Assembly (NCBI GenBank): GCA_050084985.1
Contig: JBITNC010000001.1
Span: forward strand, 125,984,001-126,048,000
Length of the DNA stretch: 64,000 bases
Direction: 5' to 3'
From: Nageia nagi
Lineage: Eukaryota; Plantae; Pinophyta
In this document: positions 25,081 to 38,237 of the stretch, piece by piece
Numbering within the stretch: the first letter of the stretch is position 1
Layout of the letters: each line of letters opens with the position of its first letter
Made by a program: the position numbers and the translations under genes
The notes under the pieces: generated by a model
The model's input: only the letters and a program-made list of their open reading frames with translations
What the model was told of the DNA's origin: nothing
Databases searched by the model: none

Positions 25081-28000
25081 CTTTAGAGAGGCATTAAAAA
25101 TTTCTAAGTAATAAGTATGCACTATTTGTAAAACATAAAAGTTTCTAAGTGATAAAAAATGTATTTTAATCATAAAGGATCTAAAGATTTTAAGTAAAGA
25201 AATTCACAAATATCTTCTCCTTTAACTTAAAAATTAAAATTTGATTATCACTTAAATAAAATGTCATAGTTATATATAAAAAATTAATATATATTGGCCA
25301 ATAATTTGTAAAAAAAATATTCTTTTTACTTAAGAACATACTAAAAAAATGCCTCATTTAAAAAAAAAAATCATTTAAGAGTAATGATGAATCTACTTAC
25401 TCTAAATATAATCATGATAATGGTTTAAATTATGAAATGTTTAATAAATGAAGTGGCTTGTAAGCAAAGAAATAAATTAAATACCTTCAAAAGATATACA
25501 TTTACTTATAGATGTATTTAATGGATTGCAGGTAACAACAAAACTTAAATGCATCCACCAAACAAACCAAAACAAAAAAAAAAATTAGCTAAACTTGAAT
25601 TCATCCTCCAAAAAAAATAAATAAGAGCCTTTTAAAAGACAAACATGCAAGAGACTCCAAATTGAAGGAAAAAAATAATCCAAATTAAATGCAATGAGCA
25701 TAGTGTTGTTTGTTTTAAAAAAAAAAGGTCATCACAACCAACTAGACCTTGGATAGGAGAAGAGGTTCTTTTTATTGAAAAAAGGAAAAGGGTGGGGGTA
25801 CATGGGTATAGGTAGCTAAAGGAGGAAGAGTAGAGGTTTTTTGGTAGAGAAGAGATGAGACATCCTCTTGTGTGCCTAAACCCTAGGCCTAACAGACAAT
25901 GACAAGAGGGATGGGGCAGATGGCTGCTACCATAGAGTTTTAACAATGAAGAGAGGAGGCATATACAAGAGAAGAGTGACAAACATAGAGTTAGATATAT
26001 TGTAGAGAGGAGTCATATACAGGAGTGGATTATAGAGTCATGCAAGGGTGAAGGTTTGGCTATGAACTGATTGCTCCCATCTCAATAAGGAAAAAATATC
26101 ATTATGTTTCAATATGGTGTGAATCTCATCAAGAAGGTAAAATCCAAGGGGCTTTAAATAATACAAAGATTTTGAAATAAAAAATGTAAAACATTATTTT
26201 TTTTATAAGAAGAATATATTCCCCTCCTCATGGTTTTGAACAACTGATATACCTTTGTAAAAGAAATACAATCTTTTAAAAATAAAACTAAAAAAAATTT
26301 ATAAGGTAGAATTTTTTTTTTTTGCATAAAAGATATAGTTATATATACAAAAATAATTATATAATATCCTCTTTAAATAGAATTATATCAATGATTTAAG
26401 AAATTTTTGTAAGAATGCTACTAAAAAAAGCATTATATACTATCCTCTTGAGTAATAAATTAAGCATTTATATAAAACATGCTAATAACATAAGAGGTTA
26501 GTGTTAATAAAAAAATTGGATTGTATTGATATTTTGATCATATTTAAAAAATAGAAACAAACACATATCATAATACATATCACAAAATATGTTAGTCTTC
26601 TTAATGAAAAAAATAACCAAGAAGAAAAGAATTTATACCTTCTCTTAGTTTTACCTTAATAAAGAAGTGTAAGATAAAAAATGAAGACCTCCAAGATGAA
26701 GAGCTTCCACACCAAGTTATGATACCAAATGAAAGAATTGCAATATAAACTAAACAACTCTAAACTCACAAGATCATATGAAAGCTCATAATTCACATAT
26801 AACAAACTCACAAAGTAATCTCACATAGATAACATAAGATGTAAGTGGTTCCTCCAACTAGGAGTACATCCACTAACTAGATCTCTCTTAATCTTAAATA
26901 TGAACTCCTAAAATTCTCCTATTCTTATCTTTTAAATACTATCTTATAGCATAACGTTTCTCTTCAAATTAGTTTGTAATCATAAAGAGGAAGCCTTCTA
27001 TTTATAGGTCAAAATCTCTCTTCAGATCACCCTTTTATCCAATGTAGAAAGGCATGACATGCACTCCCTTGTACACAAAGGGCATGCTCAATGACATGGA
27101 GTGTAGAATAAGTTACATTATCATATTCATTTAAATACCTAAGGTATCTAATGATACCTATAAGTATTAGTGAATTAACAAAAACGGATTATTACAAACC
27201 TTTACAATAATGCATTATACATTCCAACAAGATGTTCCATCAGGGATTAAAGAAGTAGTGAAACTAAAATGATTGAAGAATGAAGATCAATTCAAGGTTA
27301 AAAATATACATGAGAAGATCAGAATGGTTGAGAAGTTTTACAAAAGGATATGCAACATGAATTAAAAGATTTTGAAAAAAAAAATTGACTATCCAAATAA
27401 AATAGTTAGATGGAAAGTATGATAGGAAGAATTACCTCCAAGAAGACTTTTAGAGTAAAAATTAAGAGTAATAAGAAAGTAATGTATGGAAAAGATAGTA
27501 AGATTTTCCTAAGGACTTAAGATTTTATGCCCAAAAAAATTGATATATCTTAGATCCTAATGTGGGAATGGAAATATTGGTTAGTCAAAATAAAAATAGC
27601 ATCACGAGATAAACTTAGTAAAAGAACAGTGTAGAAGAGAATACCATAAGAAATAAACATATCTAGATTAGATATTTACCATGAAATTAATCTAACCTTT
27701 AAAGTAAAAAAGTAAAAATAAGGATAAATGATGAAATAATATAACAATTCCATCATGAATTCTTTCATTAAGGTAGATAATGAAGTTTGAACTAAGTCAA
27801 ATCCTTAAAAGCTTAGTGAATTGATAGTTAGATTGAGAATCCTAACTATGCATATTTATTCTTAGAAATTTGGAATGTTAAATAAGATTATGAATGTTGA
27901 TATGGTTATTAGTAGACCTATTTATTAAATAAATTTAAGTTAAACTCAATAAGTAAGCCAAGTATAAAAGATTCACTTATATATATAATAATCCAAAACT

Positions 28001-28221
28001 GCTTAATCTGGTCAATTTACACATAACAAAGGATAAAAATTAATACCCTTTGAAAATAGATAGGGTTAAGGATGCAAGAATTTCATGATGATATCTAAAG
28101 GAATAAGGTAGGATCAAGAAAAAAAATCTAAAGGAAAAGAGAAGTAAAATAATGAATAACCTATTTTTGAAAAAAAAAACTATGAAAATCATGTTTCCCA
28201 TAGTGACCAAAAATCTGAGAA

Positions 28222-30458
28222 TGATGCCATGAGATCTCCAAGAAAGCACAAGAATTTTTTTGACTCTTAGAATAAATTAGTAAAGTTATAAATAAACTTA
28301 AAATTTCCACCTAAGTTTTCTATGGTCTTTTTTTCTTAAATTTAGAAACCTTGTGAAGAAGGTGTGTTATGTTTTATCATGTTCTGCTATGAATACCTTA
28401 TGTTATGATAAAACATGTTTCATTATTATGTGTGTAAAATGAAATAAGACAACTTCAAACTATAGTAGTTAACATAAGGGATTGTGTCAATCCAAGAGAC
28501 ACAGCCTAACTCCTTGTTGTGGATTCCCTTGCAAGATTTAGGACTATGTGGTATTTGTTTAGTGTGAAATAAGAAGACATTATGATGTTTTGTTTCAATT
28601 ATAGCATTTTTTATGAAATTTATTTGAAAATGATCTTATGAAAATATGATATTATCTACCTTATTCATATAAGATACTATTGAGGTATACATGTTGTGTT
28701 GTGTAGGTGACATGTAAGAAGGTGGGATGCTCATGTGTACAAAGATGATAACATAAGGTGGATCTAGGATACTGAAAGAGGATCCAATATGACCACTACT
28801 AAACACCTTCCAATTATTAAGATAAATATAGTTGCATGGGATGATGATAATTGGGAGTGCCCCTAGGATGTATGTTGAATATTTATTCTTGTTAATTTTC
28901 TGTTGTAAAGATTCTGCAAAGGAAACCTTGATGAAAATGTTAGTAGGGGTAGGTAATTTATTGCACCTTTAGTACTTTTAGATATTAATTTAATTAATTA
29001 AAGATTATTTCAATTAATAAGATTATGTGATGCAGAATTTATTTAATTAATGTTATTAATTAAATTGGCAGCTTTATAAAAATAATACTTAATACTTAAC
29101 ATTATTATTATTATTAATATCTAATAAATTAAATTAAAATAATAAAATAAAAATAATTATGGATGAGCTTAAGGAGAAGTTAAGCTTAACACATGGTCAG
29201 ATAGGGTTAAATGACAACTAAGAATTAGATGTCATGAAAATAAAATATTATTATTTTATTAAAAACCCTAATGTTTTGAAAAGTTATAAATATACCCTTA
29301 GAGCTCACATTTTGGAAGAAATTGAGAGTGAGAAGTGAAGCTCTAGAGAAATCCTAAGATAAAACAAGAGCTAGGGTTTTTGAGGCTTAGGGTAGTCTTA
29401 GAAAATAACTTGAAGATGTAAGATTATGATGTTGAATTGGAAGGTCCACCATTTTGCTTTGCAAAGGATTTTTTTGAGCATTCAAGGGTTTTGGAGTCCT
29501 TTAAAGAATTTGATCAGTTTGATAGCATTTATTAGGTTGGTTCATTCTAATTTCTCAGTTAGGTTATATAGAAATGATATTATATATTTTTCTCTATAAG
29601 GATGAAAGAAAAATAATAGTTTCCACTTAGAAAGTAAAGAAAATGTTACTTTGAATGTGGTGTTTTTAAAAAATATTATGATTTAGGACTTATTTTGCCA
29701 TTACATAATTTATTTTTCCTTGATCTAGTTGTTTTGGTTTGATTTATTACAAATTCAAATCTTGATTTGATTCTTTGATTAGATATAAGAATTTGGTCTT
29801 ATGTGAAATCCATCATATTCTTAAGTGAAATGTTTCAAAAACATATCATTAGTATATTGGTAATAACTTAGTAATATGAACTTAGATTCAACTAAAAGTT
29901 TTAGGGTACTCCATAGGCATGTATACGAATGAAACCCAAAAATGTTATTCTAATTAAATATGCAAAGAAAAAGATATAGGTATTCTAATAAGGTAAAATT
30001 TTAAGGACTACATTTTTTATCTATTAGATTTTAGATATTAAGTTTAATTTATTAATCAATAAGTAATATGATGAATATAGTAAAGAATAAATTTACTCTA
30101 GTATAAAGGAAGGATTCCTTGTTAAGATACCATCAGCAAGATAGAATATTTCAAAATGGGTTAACTAAGCGCGAAGGCTATTGTCTTCTAAGATGAAAAT
30201 TATAGGCAAGATATTTAGGATATTTAACAAGAAGGTTAAATATCATGAGATAAATAGTATTATCATCTAATGATAAGATAGTGAGTCAAGAATGATGACA
30301 CTTGGAACCATTAAATGATATCAATCTTACAGTTCACAAGTAGCTTCTAAACTTTCATAATTGAATGTCCATACATATTTGTATATTTGTTTAAAAAATA
30401 ATTATGATCATTACATAAGGGTTTATTTGGATTGGAGATAGTTCAAGTTGGTTTTTCA
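28222..30458 (+). repeat. 3' LTR of the Gypsy-like element (~2.2 kb, internally shorter)
   Basis: Matches 12674-16277; junction gttaag|ataccatcagcaag at ~30127 joins the sequences at ~14585 and ~15950 of the 5' LTR; ends ...TTTTTCA. Confidence 0.78.
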
Positions 30459-30499
30459 GGTGTAAAAATTAGGTCCTGATAATTATTACAGCTCTCATA

Positions 30500-31900
30500 T
30501 TTGTCAAAATTTTAGTCTCCTTTATCATTTGAAGCATTTGGAAGTCTTGGCAATAAATGGTACATTGGATTAAATGGAAGGGTTCTATATTTTGTAAAGG
30601 GCTCTCTATTAATTAATTAAATATATGATGGTCTTCACTATTTCAACTAATAGTACCCCTCTAACCTAGATTCAATGGGTGCATGCCTACAAATTTTTCA
30701 AATGAGGCATTATTACTATTACAAATGTTTTTTACAAGCACTCCAAGAATTGGATTCCTTAGGATCAATTGAGGAATTATTTTCACTTGAATGCCTCAAA
30801 CACAGCAACTCATGATATTGTTATTATGTTTACACCTTTTTTCAAACTTGTATAAAATTAGTGTAAACTCTTAGAACCCATGGTGGAAAGATTGGGGATG
30901 GTATCTTGACACCCCTTTTCTTTACTATAGAGATACCTTGGGATACAACTGGCTTACTCCAACGTTGCCTATGGTTTTCCAGTTTAATAATAAATGGGAT
31001 TTAGTTTTTCAAAACACCAAGTGGAAGCAATTCTTCAAAGCTACATGGAGTTCATACCATGAATCAAAAAACATTTTTTCATCTAAGTTTGCTTAACTAG
31101 AGTCTCCCATTAAGTTTTTTTCAAATAAGAAGACATTCTTATAATTGATTTTTCTTTACCTAATAAGATAAAGGTATTTTTGACATGTGGATGCAAATTA
31201 TCAATCAAGCTCAAAAGTTTGAGCTTGAGTTATCCTATCTTTGTACTCTACTAGAGTATTGGGGCAATGCTCTTTGCCCTATCAATAAATTGCCTCATAG
31301 TATAACCTATTAGGATCATTTATGCTCTTACATACATTGATGTCCCATGTCACATTCATGATCACAATGTAATATTTAGATTGGGGTCCAATATTCCCCT
31401 CCTTGAAAATATTTCCATGATTCTAGGGATAGTTATTCATGACCTCCTATGGGATGGGACATGCAACCTCTAGGCACCAATGCTCCAAGTTGGAATGCTT
31501 TGCCACCTTCTACACTAACTGGCCAACAAGGGTGATCTCCACCTTTGTCTCCATAGAAATCTCGCGTATTAGGTGATAAAGAAGTTAGCTCACCTAGGTC
31601 TAATGATGGTTGGAACCTTTTCCCTCTACCATATAATGAATGGAATCATATGGTTCTTATAAATGTGCCCCCATGGGACTTGCTTATGAGAATAATGCAT
31701 GATTTGCTTTATTTTCTTAATGCTAAATCATACAATTTTCTTAACCTATGATTAAGGTTACACAAAAAAATTTTGAGGTATGTTCTCTAGCACCCACAAA
31801 CACCTTTTGTTGTAAAAGTTTTTAATTTTGATATAAGAACTTTTCATCAAAAAATTTATCAATATATTTAATATTAAAAAAATGTTAAAGATGATATTAT
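30500..31900 (+). mobile_element. Degenerate LINE 3' part (post-RT / zf-RVT-like region)
   Basis: Decayed W-rich coding traces typical of plant L1 ORF2 C-termini; no intact ORF. Confidence 0.35.
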
Positions 31901-34799
31901 GAGACATATTTACCTGAAGTGGGAGAATTTTTGAATGATGGCCTTAGTAATGTAAAAAGAATATAAATTTTTAAGTTATCTATTACCCTTATTATTTTTT
32001 TCATAAGTAGTAATGTGAATCTTCCATTCTTAAAAGTACTTATGTATATTTTCAATTAGTTGATATGGGTATTAAGTTAAAAATAAATAAATTAAGTTTC
32101 ATTAGTATAATAAAATAAATGTTTCTAAGTTCTATTTTACTTCTTATATATAATTATTTGATGGCTTATATATGGTATATTCTATTAATTCAAATAATTA
32201 AATAAAAATTTTAATGAAAAGGATGATAGAGGATTATTTTAAATCTTTATATTAGGATAATATTATGGTAGTTTAATATAGTATGATCATTTTTTTTCAG
32301 AGAAGTGTTAATAAGCATGTAAAGATCCTGACTCAAGATAAACTAGGGGTAATCATTGCCCATTCGAGCCCACCTAGTGAAACTATTGGTCAAACCCCCC
32401 AAATGGTTATAATACAGCTAAAATGCATCTAAGCTATATCCATGTAGTACCACTAGGGATCCATCAAGGGGACTCAAACTTTTATGTATTTTATTTTTTG
32501 GAGTAATGAATGCTTTATTTTACATTCATCTATTTGATATTCATAATTAAGTTCTTTTATATATATGATTTTTTGAAGGAAGAAGTTATTAATATTACTT
32601 ATACAAGATAAATATATGCACATCCTTAACAGAGGTATGCATTTGATTATTTTATGGTTGTTAAATATATAAAGTTAAATAATGTGTTGTATAATATAGA
32701 CTATAAGCAAAACTATTTTAGAAATTAAAAATAATACCAATACAAATGAAGATAATTTTAGAATCGCTCATAGTGATCAAGAGTATATTGCAACTTATGA
32801 AGTAGATTTGTATTTTTAGAACCAAAAGAATCACCAAATAGAAGAAATCATTGTTCAACAAATTATTCCTTAATTATAATAATACTATAGCTAGGTGAAA
32901 GTGTTAACATCATTCGATATTCACATGGTAAATTAGCATTTGCATATAAAAGATACATGAAATCAAGATCCATCCTATTTCTAATGGAATATAAAGATTT
33001 TATAGATGTTCAATTATTTATATTAAATTTATCTCATATTTTTTAAAAATATTTTAAACTTGTTTTTTAAGAAAATGTACTTAAATTTTATCATACCTCC
33101 CATGAGCCATAATGAGTAATATAGAACCAATAAACTCTAAGAACAACATTGACTTCTACACTTAACCTTCATTATAGAAAATATCAATTTTATTGACTTA
33201 CCTTTCATAAGTATTATTTATTATAGAAATTACCAATTTTATTAATTATACATGTATTTAATTTATTTAGGCCAAAACCCTAGGTGTACCAAAACACATA
33301 TCAATAGTCCCAACTAATTATGATTACAATGGTAATTAGAATGATGATTGGTTTACTCCTAATCATCAAACTAACCCAAATGAATGGTTAGTTTAGTCCC
33401 AACCAATTGATCATGAAAAAATTGATTGTTATTTAATTTCCACCCAATAAGGACATAGTTAAGAAAATATTGATGATTATTTAATGTCCACCGAACAAGG
33501 ATATGGTCACAATGCTCATAATTAGATATGATCAACAGTGCAAGAAAGGATAGAAATACTCTCTAATTGTTTCCCATTTTCTAATGCTCAAATGCTGTTA
33601 CAACTAATTTTTCTTGATTTGTACTTTTGTACCCTAGTATTAGCATTGGTATTAGCTTTCACATTGGGCTCTACTTAATGAATGATATGGAGATGAACCT
33701 TACATGTTGTCAACATGCTTACTATATCCAATAATCAACTTTTTGTTTAATAAATAATGCTTATGAGGTAGTGTTATACCATGAATATGAGGTAAAAATT
33801 TCATCTTACAATTACAATGTCTATTTGTTCCTACCAAGAACCTTATTCTCAACTATATGTTTGCAATATATTAGGTTTTAGGTCACATCTAGCTAAAAGT
33901 ATCAAGTTTACTAAGATGTAGTGATAAATATGAAGGAATGGTAGCATGAAAGTTGAGGTTAGTATAGTTGCTAAGGATAGCATGGATACTAATAATATTG
34001 AGGTAAATGACTTTAAGATTTGATCTAGAAACACCTTTTACAAGGATATAATTAATGATTACAACATGAGGTTGGATATGGTCAACATCTCAAAAAATGT
34101 ATCCCAATTTTAGTTTAAATAGGCTAATTTTATAATTTAGTTATTATTTGCATTACTAGAGTTATGTGATCTAGTCCATGAGAGCTATGTTGAGCTTCTT
34201 ATCATGTTTGAGATTATTTGCACCATTAGGTAAGGGTACAACTTGCATCAACGAAGAGATTTGATTTGAATTTGGCCTAGTTTCTATGAAATTTACCTAA
34301 GTTTTATGATGTAGGATAAAGATTTGGAGCAAGAGAATCATCGATCCTATTTGCTCCATCAAAACTAAACATCTACACATGTTATGAGTTCCTAAGGGCT
34401 TCACTTTTAATTTTTGGATGAAGTTACAAGTTTAGAGGGTACTAGGCCAAGAAAATGTTGTATGCCCTAGGGTTAGGGAGGTTAGTGCTATTGCAATTTT
34501 AGTGTTAGGATGGTCAATTTTAGCTGAAGTCATCTTTTTATACCATGATGGGTGTAAATACAATTTTTACCCAAGTTTATAAATAAATGGATGTAAAAAT
34601 CCTAGGGCAGGTGCTTGTGTGAGAATCAATGCTAGTATAAAAAATAGGTTTCCAGTTGAGGGATGTGTTTTCCATTTTGTTATGTTGCATTATATTTTAT
34701 TATAAAATATAAAAGTAAATTTGCATATGTGATATTGACAAATAACATAATTGACTAATAATACCTTTATTTGTATTTGGTACATTGTTGTCAATTCTT

Positions 34800-35548
34800 C
34801 AAGGAGCATGAACTAATGTCTAAGAGTTGGAAACTGTACATGGTGTGGAGGGATAGGTTTACAGATGATGAGCTAGCTATGCTTCATATTGTCGGCATGG
34901 GTGACTTGTTGCATGCTCCATATGTTCAGTAGATAAGGAATTACTCATAGACATGATGGAGAGATAGTACGAAAAGACAAATACCTTTCATTTAATGATT
35001 AGAGGGGCTACCATCATTTTCAAGGAAATACTTAGGATCCTATGGGTGCTTGTAAAAGGATGTCCTATCTTCTTGAAGGAGAGCATGAATGACACATAGT
35101 ATGACACCCTCTTTAAATGATTGAAGGGGTTAGATGATTAAGAAGGGTGCATACCTTCATTATTCTTTCAAGGGTAAAATTAAAAGGTTCAAGCGGGTTT
35201 GAATGATTATGGATGCATGTATTGATAGCATTGTATACCCGAAGAAGAATCACGTGGTATAACAGATGACATAAGATATACAATATGCTTAGACCCCATA
35301 TATCATCACTCAAATGTATCATGACTTCACAATTTCGTGATGGTACAAAAGAGTGGAAGGAGGATTGCAAACTCATTTGTGTTATTATATTGGTCTTATG
35401 AGCATATTTCATTTATTGGGCCAAAGGGAACTACTAGCACCTAGGATATATGTAGACAATCCTACATGGTATTCGTTGGCCAGGGCGGGCAAAGTGACAT
35501 GGCTTCATAAGAGTGTGGAAGCCTACTCGAAAGCGATAGACTGTCTCA
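34800..35548 (+). pseudogene. Plant mobile domain (PMD / MAIN-like) remnant, TE-derived
   Basis: ~34935-35070 reads KELLIDMMER*YEKTNTFHLMIRGATIIFKEILRILWVLVKGCP, matching the PMD consensus ALVERWxxETHTFHLPxGExTITLxDVxxLLGLPxxG; a YAWG-like trace follows at ~35285-35330. Confidence 0.7.
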
Positions 35549-36356
35549 TGGAGGGAAGAAAAATTACCCACTGTTGAAGGGATTTGGCTTTGTAACCTGT
35601 TTGATTGTAGAGAGAGTCTCTCTAGTTTGTCAAGCCTTCCAAATTCTGACGGAATGCTTCCTGTCAAGCTGTTAGGGCCCAAACTCAGACTTACTAGAGA
35701 CGTGCAGTTGCTCAATGAATTGGGAATGCTTCCAATCAAATCATTGTACGGTAAGCAGAGATGTTGTAAGTCTTGCAGCTGATCGAATTCCGATGGTATG
35801 CTTCCACTCGATTTGTTTAATGAGAGTCTTATCCACTGAAGATGTTTGCAATTAGCCAGAGATTTGGTTATATGACCTGTAAGTGAATTACTTCTAAGGT
35901 CCAACACCCTCAATGCTTTGAGATGTCCCAACTGTGATGTAATATTTCCTGTGAAATAATTGAAGGAGAGATCCAAAGTGTGCAGTAAGGATAAATCTCC
36001 CAAGGCAGTTGAAATCGTACCTTCCAATTGGAGATAGGGGAGGATGATGGCAACCACCATTTTAGTATATTTTCTGCACCAAACACCCTTACACGAGCAC
36101 ACCTCATTCGAATTGTTTGAAGTCCAAGTGGAGAACGCTTGTTGTGGATCTTACTTAATGGTATTCGAAAGGATGGGAGAGCTTCAATATCCCTCCTATC
36201 ATCCGAACTGTCTTCTTCAAGTAGCATACTCTCATTTTGGATAGCAAAGCTTCCAAAATATGTATGGTTTGCAGTGTTGGTATAAGCTAAGCCCAGCAAC
36301 ATAATCATTATCACTAGACCACCCATTTTCCTCGCCATTTTTAGATGTGGAAACAT
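35549..36356 (-). pseudogene. LRR-RLP pseudogene, 5' third only (RLP2)
   Basis: Starts MFPHLKMARKMGGLV...; 8-aa N-terminal deletion; frameshift near 36163 and in-frame TAA near 36152; about 7 LRRs in ORF 35434-36102. Homology to RLP1/RLP3 stops abruptly at ~35549. Confidence 0.92.
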
Positions 36357-36790
36357 GGTAGAGGTCTGAACATGATAAAGGATGTCTGAGAAATGTTTAA
36401 AATTTTTATTTAGTCAACTGAAATTCGTTGGTTTTCATACTTTTCCCAAGTCCAGTCTTTCCTAAATCACCGAATTGACCGGGTAGAGGTAGAAAGCATT
36501 GCGGTCCAAGGATGATCAATATTTCCGTAGAACGTAGCGTATTGGGCAAGTCGAGCAACATTCATACGTTGGAAAAGATGGTCAATAATCCAATAGATTT
36601 GCGAGTTGCAGACATAGTGAGTGTTGATCCAACAAGGATGTGAAATTTTATGCATTCTTTTATTCATACCGTCTATCGTTTCATTCGTACACGATTAAAG
36701 TGGTATGGTCGGTGACAACTTCTTTGGTAAGATATAATATACATTGACGTGAGGAAAGAGAGGTACGTAACTTCTCATGGTTACGGGACC
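36357..36790 (-). promoter_or_regulatory. RLP2 upstream region with a single promoter module (W-boxes, TGACG motif)
   Basis: Homologous to 12413-12670; AGTCAA ~36412, TTGACC ~36475, GGTCAA ~36580, TGACG ~36745. Confidence 0.55.
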
Positions 36791-36826
36791 ACATTAAGTG
36801 TTCATTCTGATGTTTGTGGTCACATT

Positions 36827-37022
36827 TCTATAGTTTTTAAGATGGTATGTTTATATTGATATTTCAAATAATTTCTCTTTTGATGGAGTTTTGGAATAAT
36901 CATTTATTAGTTAAAATTATAGGCTCTATAGTTTTTAAGATGGTATGTTTATATTGATATTTCAAATAATTTCTCTTTTCATGGAGTTTTGGAATAATCA
37001 TTTATTAGTTAAAATTATAGGT
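36827..37022. repeat. Near-perfect 98-bp tandem duplication within repeat 'A'
   Basis: tctatagtttttaagatggtatgtttatattg... starts at both 36827 and 36925. Confidence 0.9.
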
Positions 37023-37199
37023 TTCTATTTTATGTTTGTTGTCATATGTATGTTTATATTGATATTTCAATTCGTTTATATTTTGTTGGAATTTTGGATT
37101 TATTATTTTATTTAATTATTCAATTTATTATTTGAAGATATGAACATCGATTTTAAAATACAAAAAACTTTATTATTATTTGAAGGTTATTTGGTAATA

Positions 37200-38110
37200 A
37201 GAAAGACAGTTCTTAATTACTTGAAGGGAACATAAAACTTTGAACTCAAGTTTTAAAATTCAATATACTTTAAGTCGGTTGGTTATTTAGACTCAAATGA
37301 TGATGGACATAAAGAATTTAAAAACAACCATGAAAAATATTCTCATGATTCTTTGATCAAAATTAATCACTTTGATTTAATGAAATTAATTATTTCCAAT
37401 AGATTCAACAACATAGGTAAAGTTTGTGGAACCTCTAGATAAAAACAAAAAATAATATAATGTAAGTCAACACATTTTGAAATATTTGTAGGATAAATAA
37501 GTCAATGAATGGTGGATAACACTTCTCAAATGAAGTTCATGAAGAATCTAGTATTTCATAATTGAATAAAGCATAAAAATATATTTTGATTTCGTATCAT
37601 GTGAGTTTTAGAAATATCAATCATAGGAGAATCTAAATAACCACTCTTGGATGAGAATCATATACATATCCTTTGTATTCATCCTCGCATGTATGCTTGG
37701 TCGTACTTTCTATAGTCTACATCCTAGGATGACATAAGAAACCTTATATTTTTCTTGAATCTTAGATGTGGAGGGGTAGCATATGCATTATTATAGCTGA
37801 AGAAAAAGTAGTTATGGCATTTGAGATATAATCACTTAAATATTTAAAATTATTGATACCAAAGAGGAGTTATTTTAGTCTACCTTTAATTAAAAAGTGT
37901 GAAAAAGCAAAACTTATGAAGTATGTGCAAATAACAACTATTTTAGAGAAACGTTCACAAAAGATACAGCATGAATGCCTTCATATGCACTCAAACATAT
38001 TCACTTTGATATTTATGGTATTATGAAATTCTAAATCTTTGGATAAATTCTCTTATTTCATTACTTTTAATAATGGTTTTCTTAATAAATTGTTGAGTAA
38101 AATATGAGAC
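37200..38110 (+). mobile_element. Scrambled Copia pol fragments
   Basis: GYLDSND (RNase H start, ~37280), LWHLRYNHLN (GAG-pre-integrase, ~37812), LKHIHFDIYG and YFITF (integrase, ~37990-38070). Confidence 0.65.
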
Positions 38111-38127
38111 TTTAAGTATATTCAAAT

Positions 38128-38237
38128 GAGGGTTATCAATCTCAAGATGCTTATTGTAGTATTATATGCAAGATAAATACTATAAGACTGAAATCTCTTA
38201 ATGTTTTATAGATATATTTTTAAGATATCTAATCTAT
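38128..38237 (+). repeat. Degenerate partial copy of the long-palindrome family (see 45522 and 59241)
   Basis: gagggttatcaatctcaagatgcttat resembles gagaggtataaatctcaaggtgtctat (~59275); the 3' end gatatctaatctat resembles atatctaagttagt (59382) and atatcaaagctagt (45666). Confidence 0.5.

Larger units (their letters stand above)
18844..27229 (-). mobile_element. Full-length degenerate Ty1/Copia element nested in the Gypsy-like element
   Basis: LTRs 18844-19323 and 26730-27229 (about 90% identical by eye); TSD GGATG (18839-18843) / AGATG (27230-27234); PBS rc GTTATGATACCA at 26716-26727; PPT rc CTCCCCTTTAAT at 19324-19335. Confidence 0.92.
12674..30458 (+). mobile_element. Ty3/Gypsy-like LTR retrotransposon, probably non-autonomous (long LTRs, gag remnant only), interrupted by a nested Copia
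   Basis: Paired LTRs both start TGATGCCATGAGATCT (12674 and 28222); iMet PBS TGGTATCAAAGC at 16280-16291; gag traces EAWVKELNIYFET...KWWK near 18375-18490. No RT/IN motifs seen in the host internal part, and no TSD found. Confidence 0.8.

Noticed and set aside
32320-32480. GC-richer island with a B-box-like end (possible SINE or TRIM fragment)
   Set aside because: No A-box, TSD or second copy found in the window.
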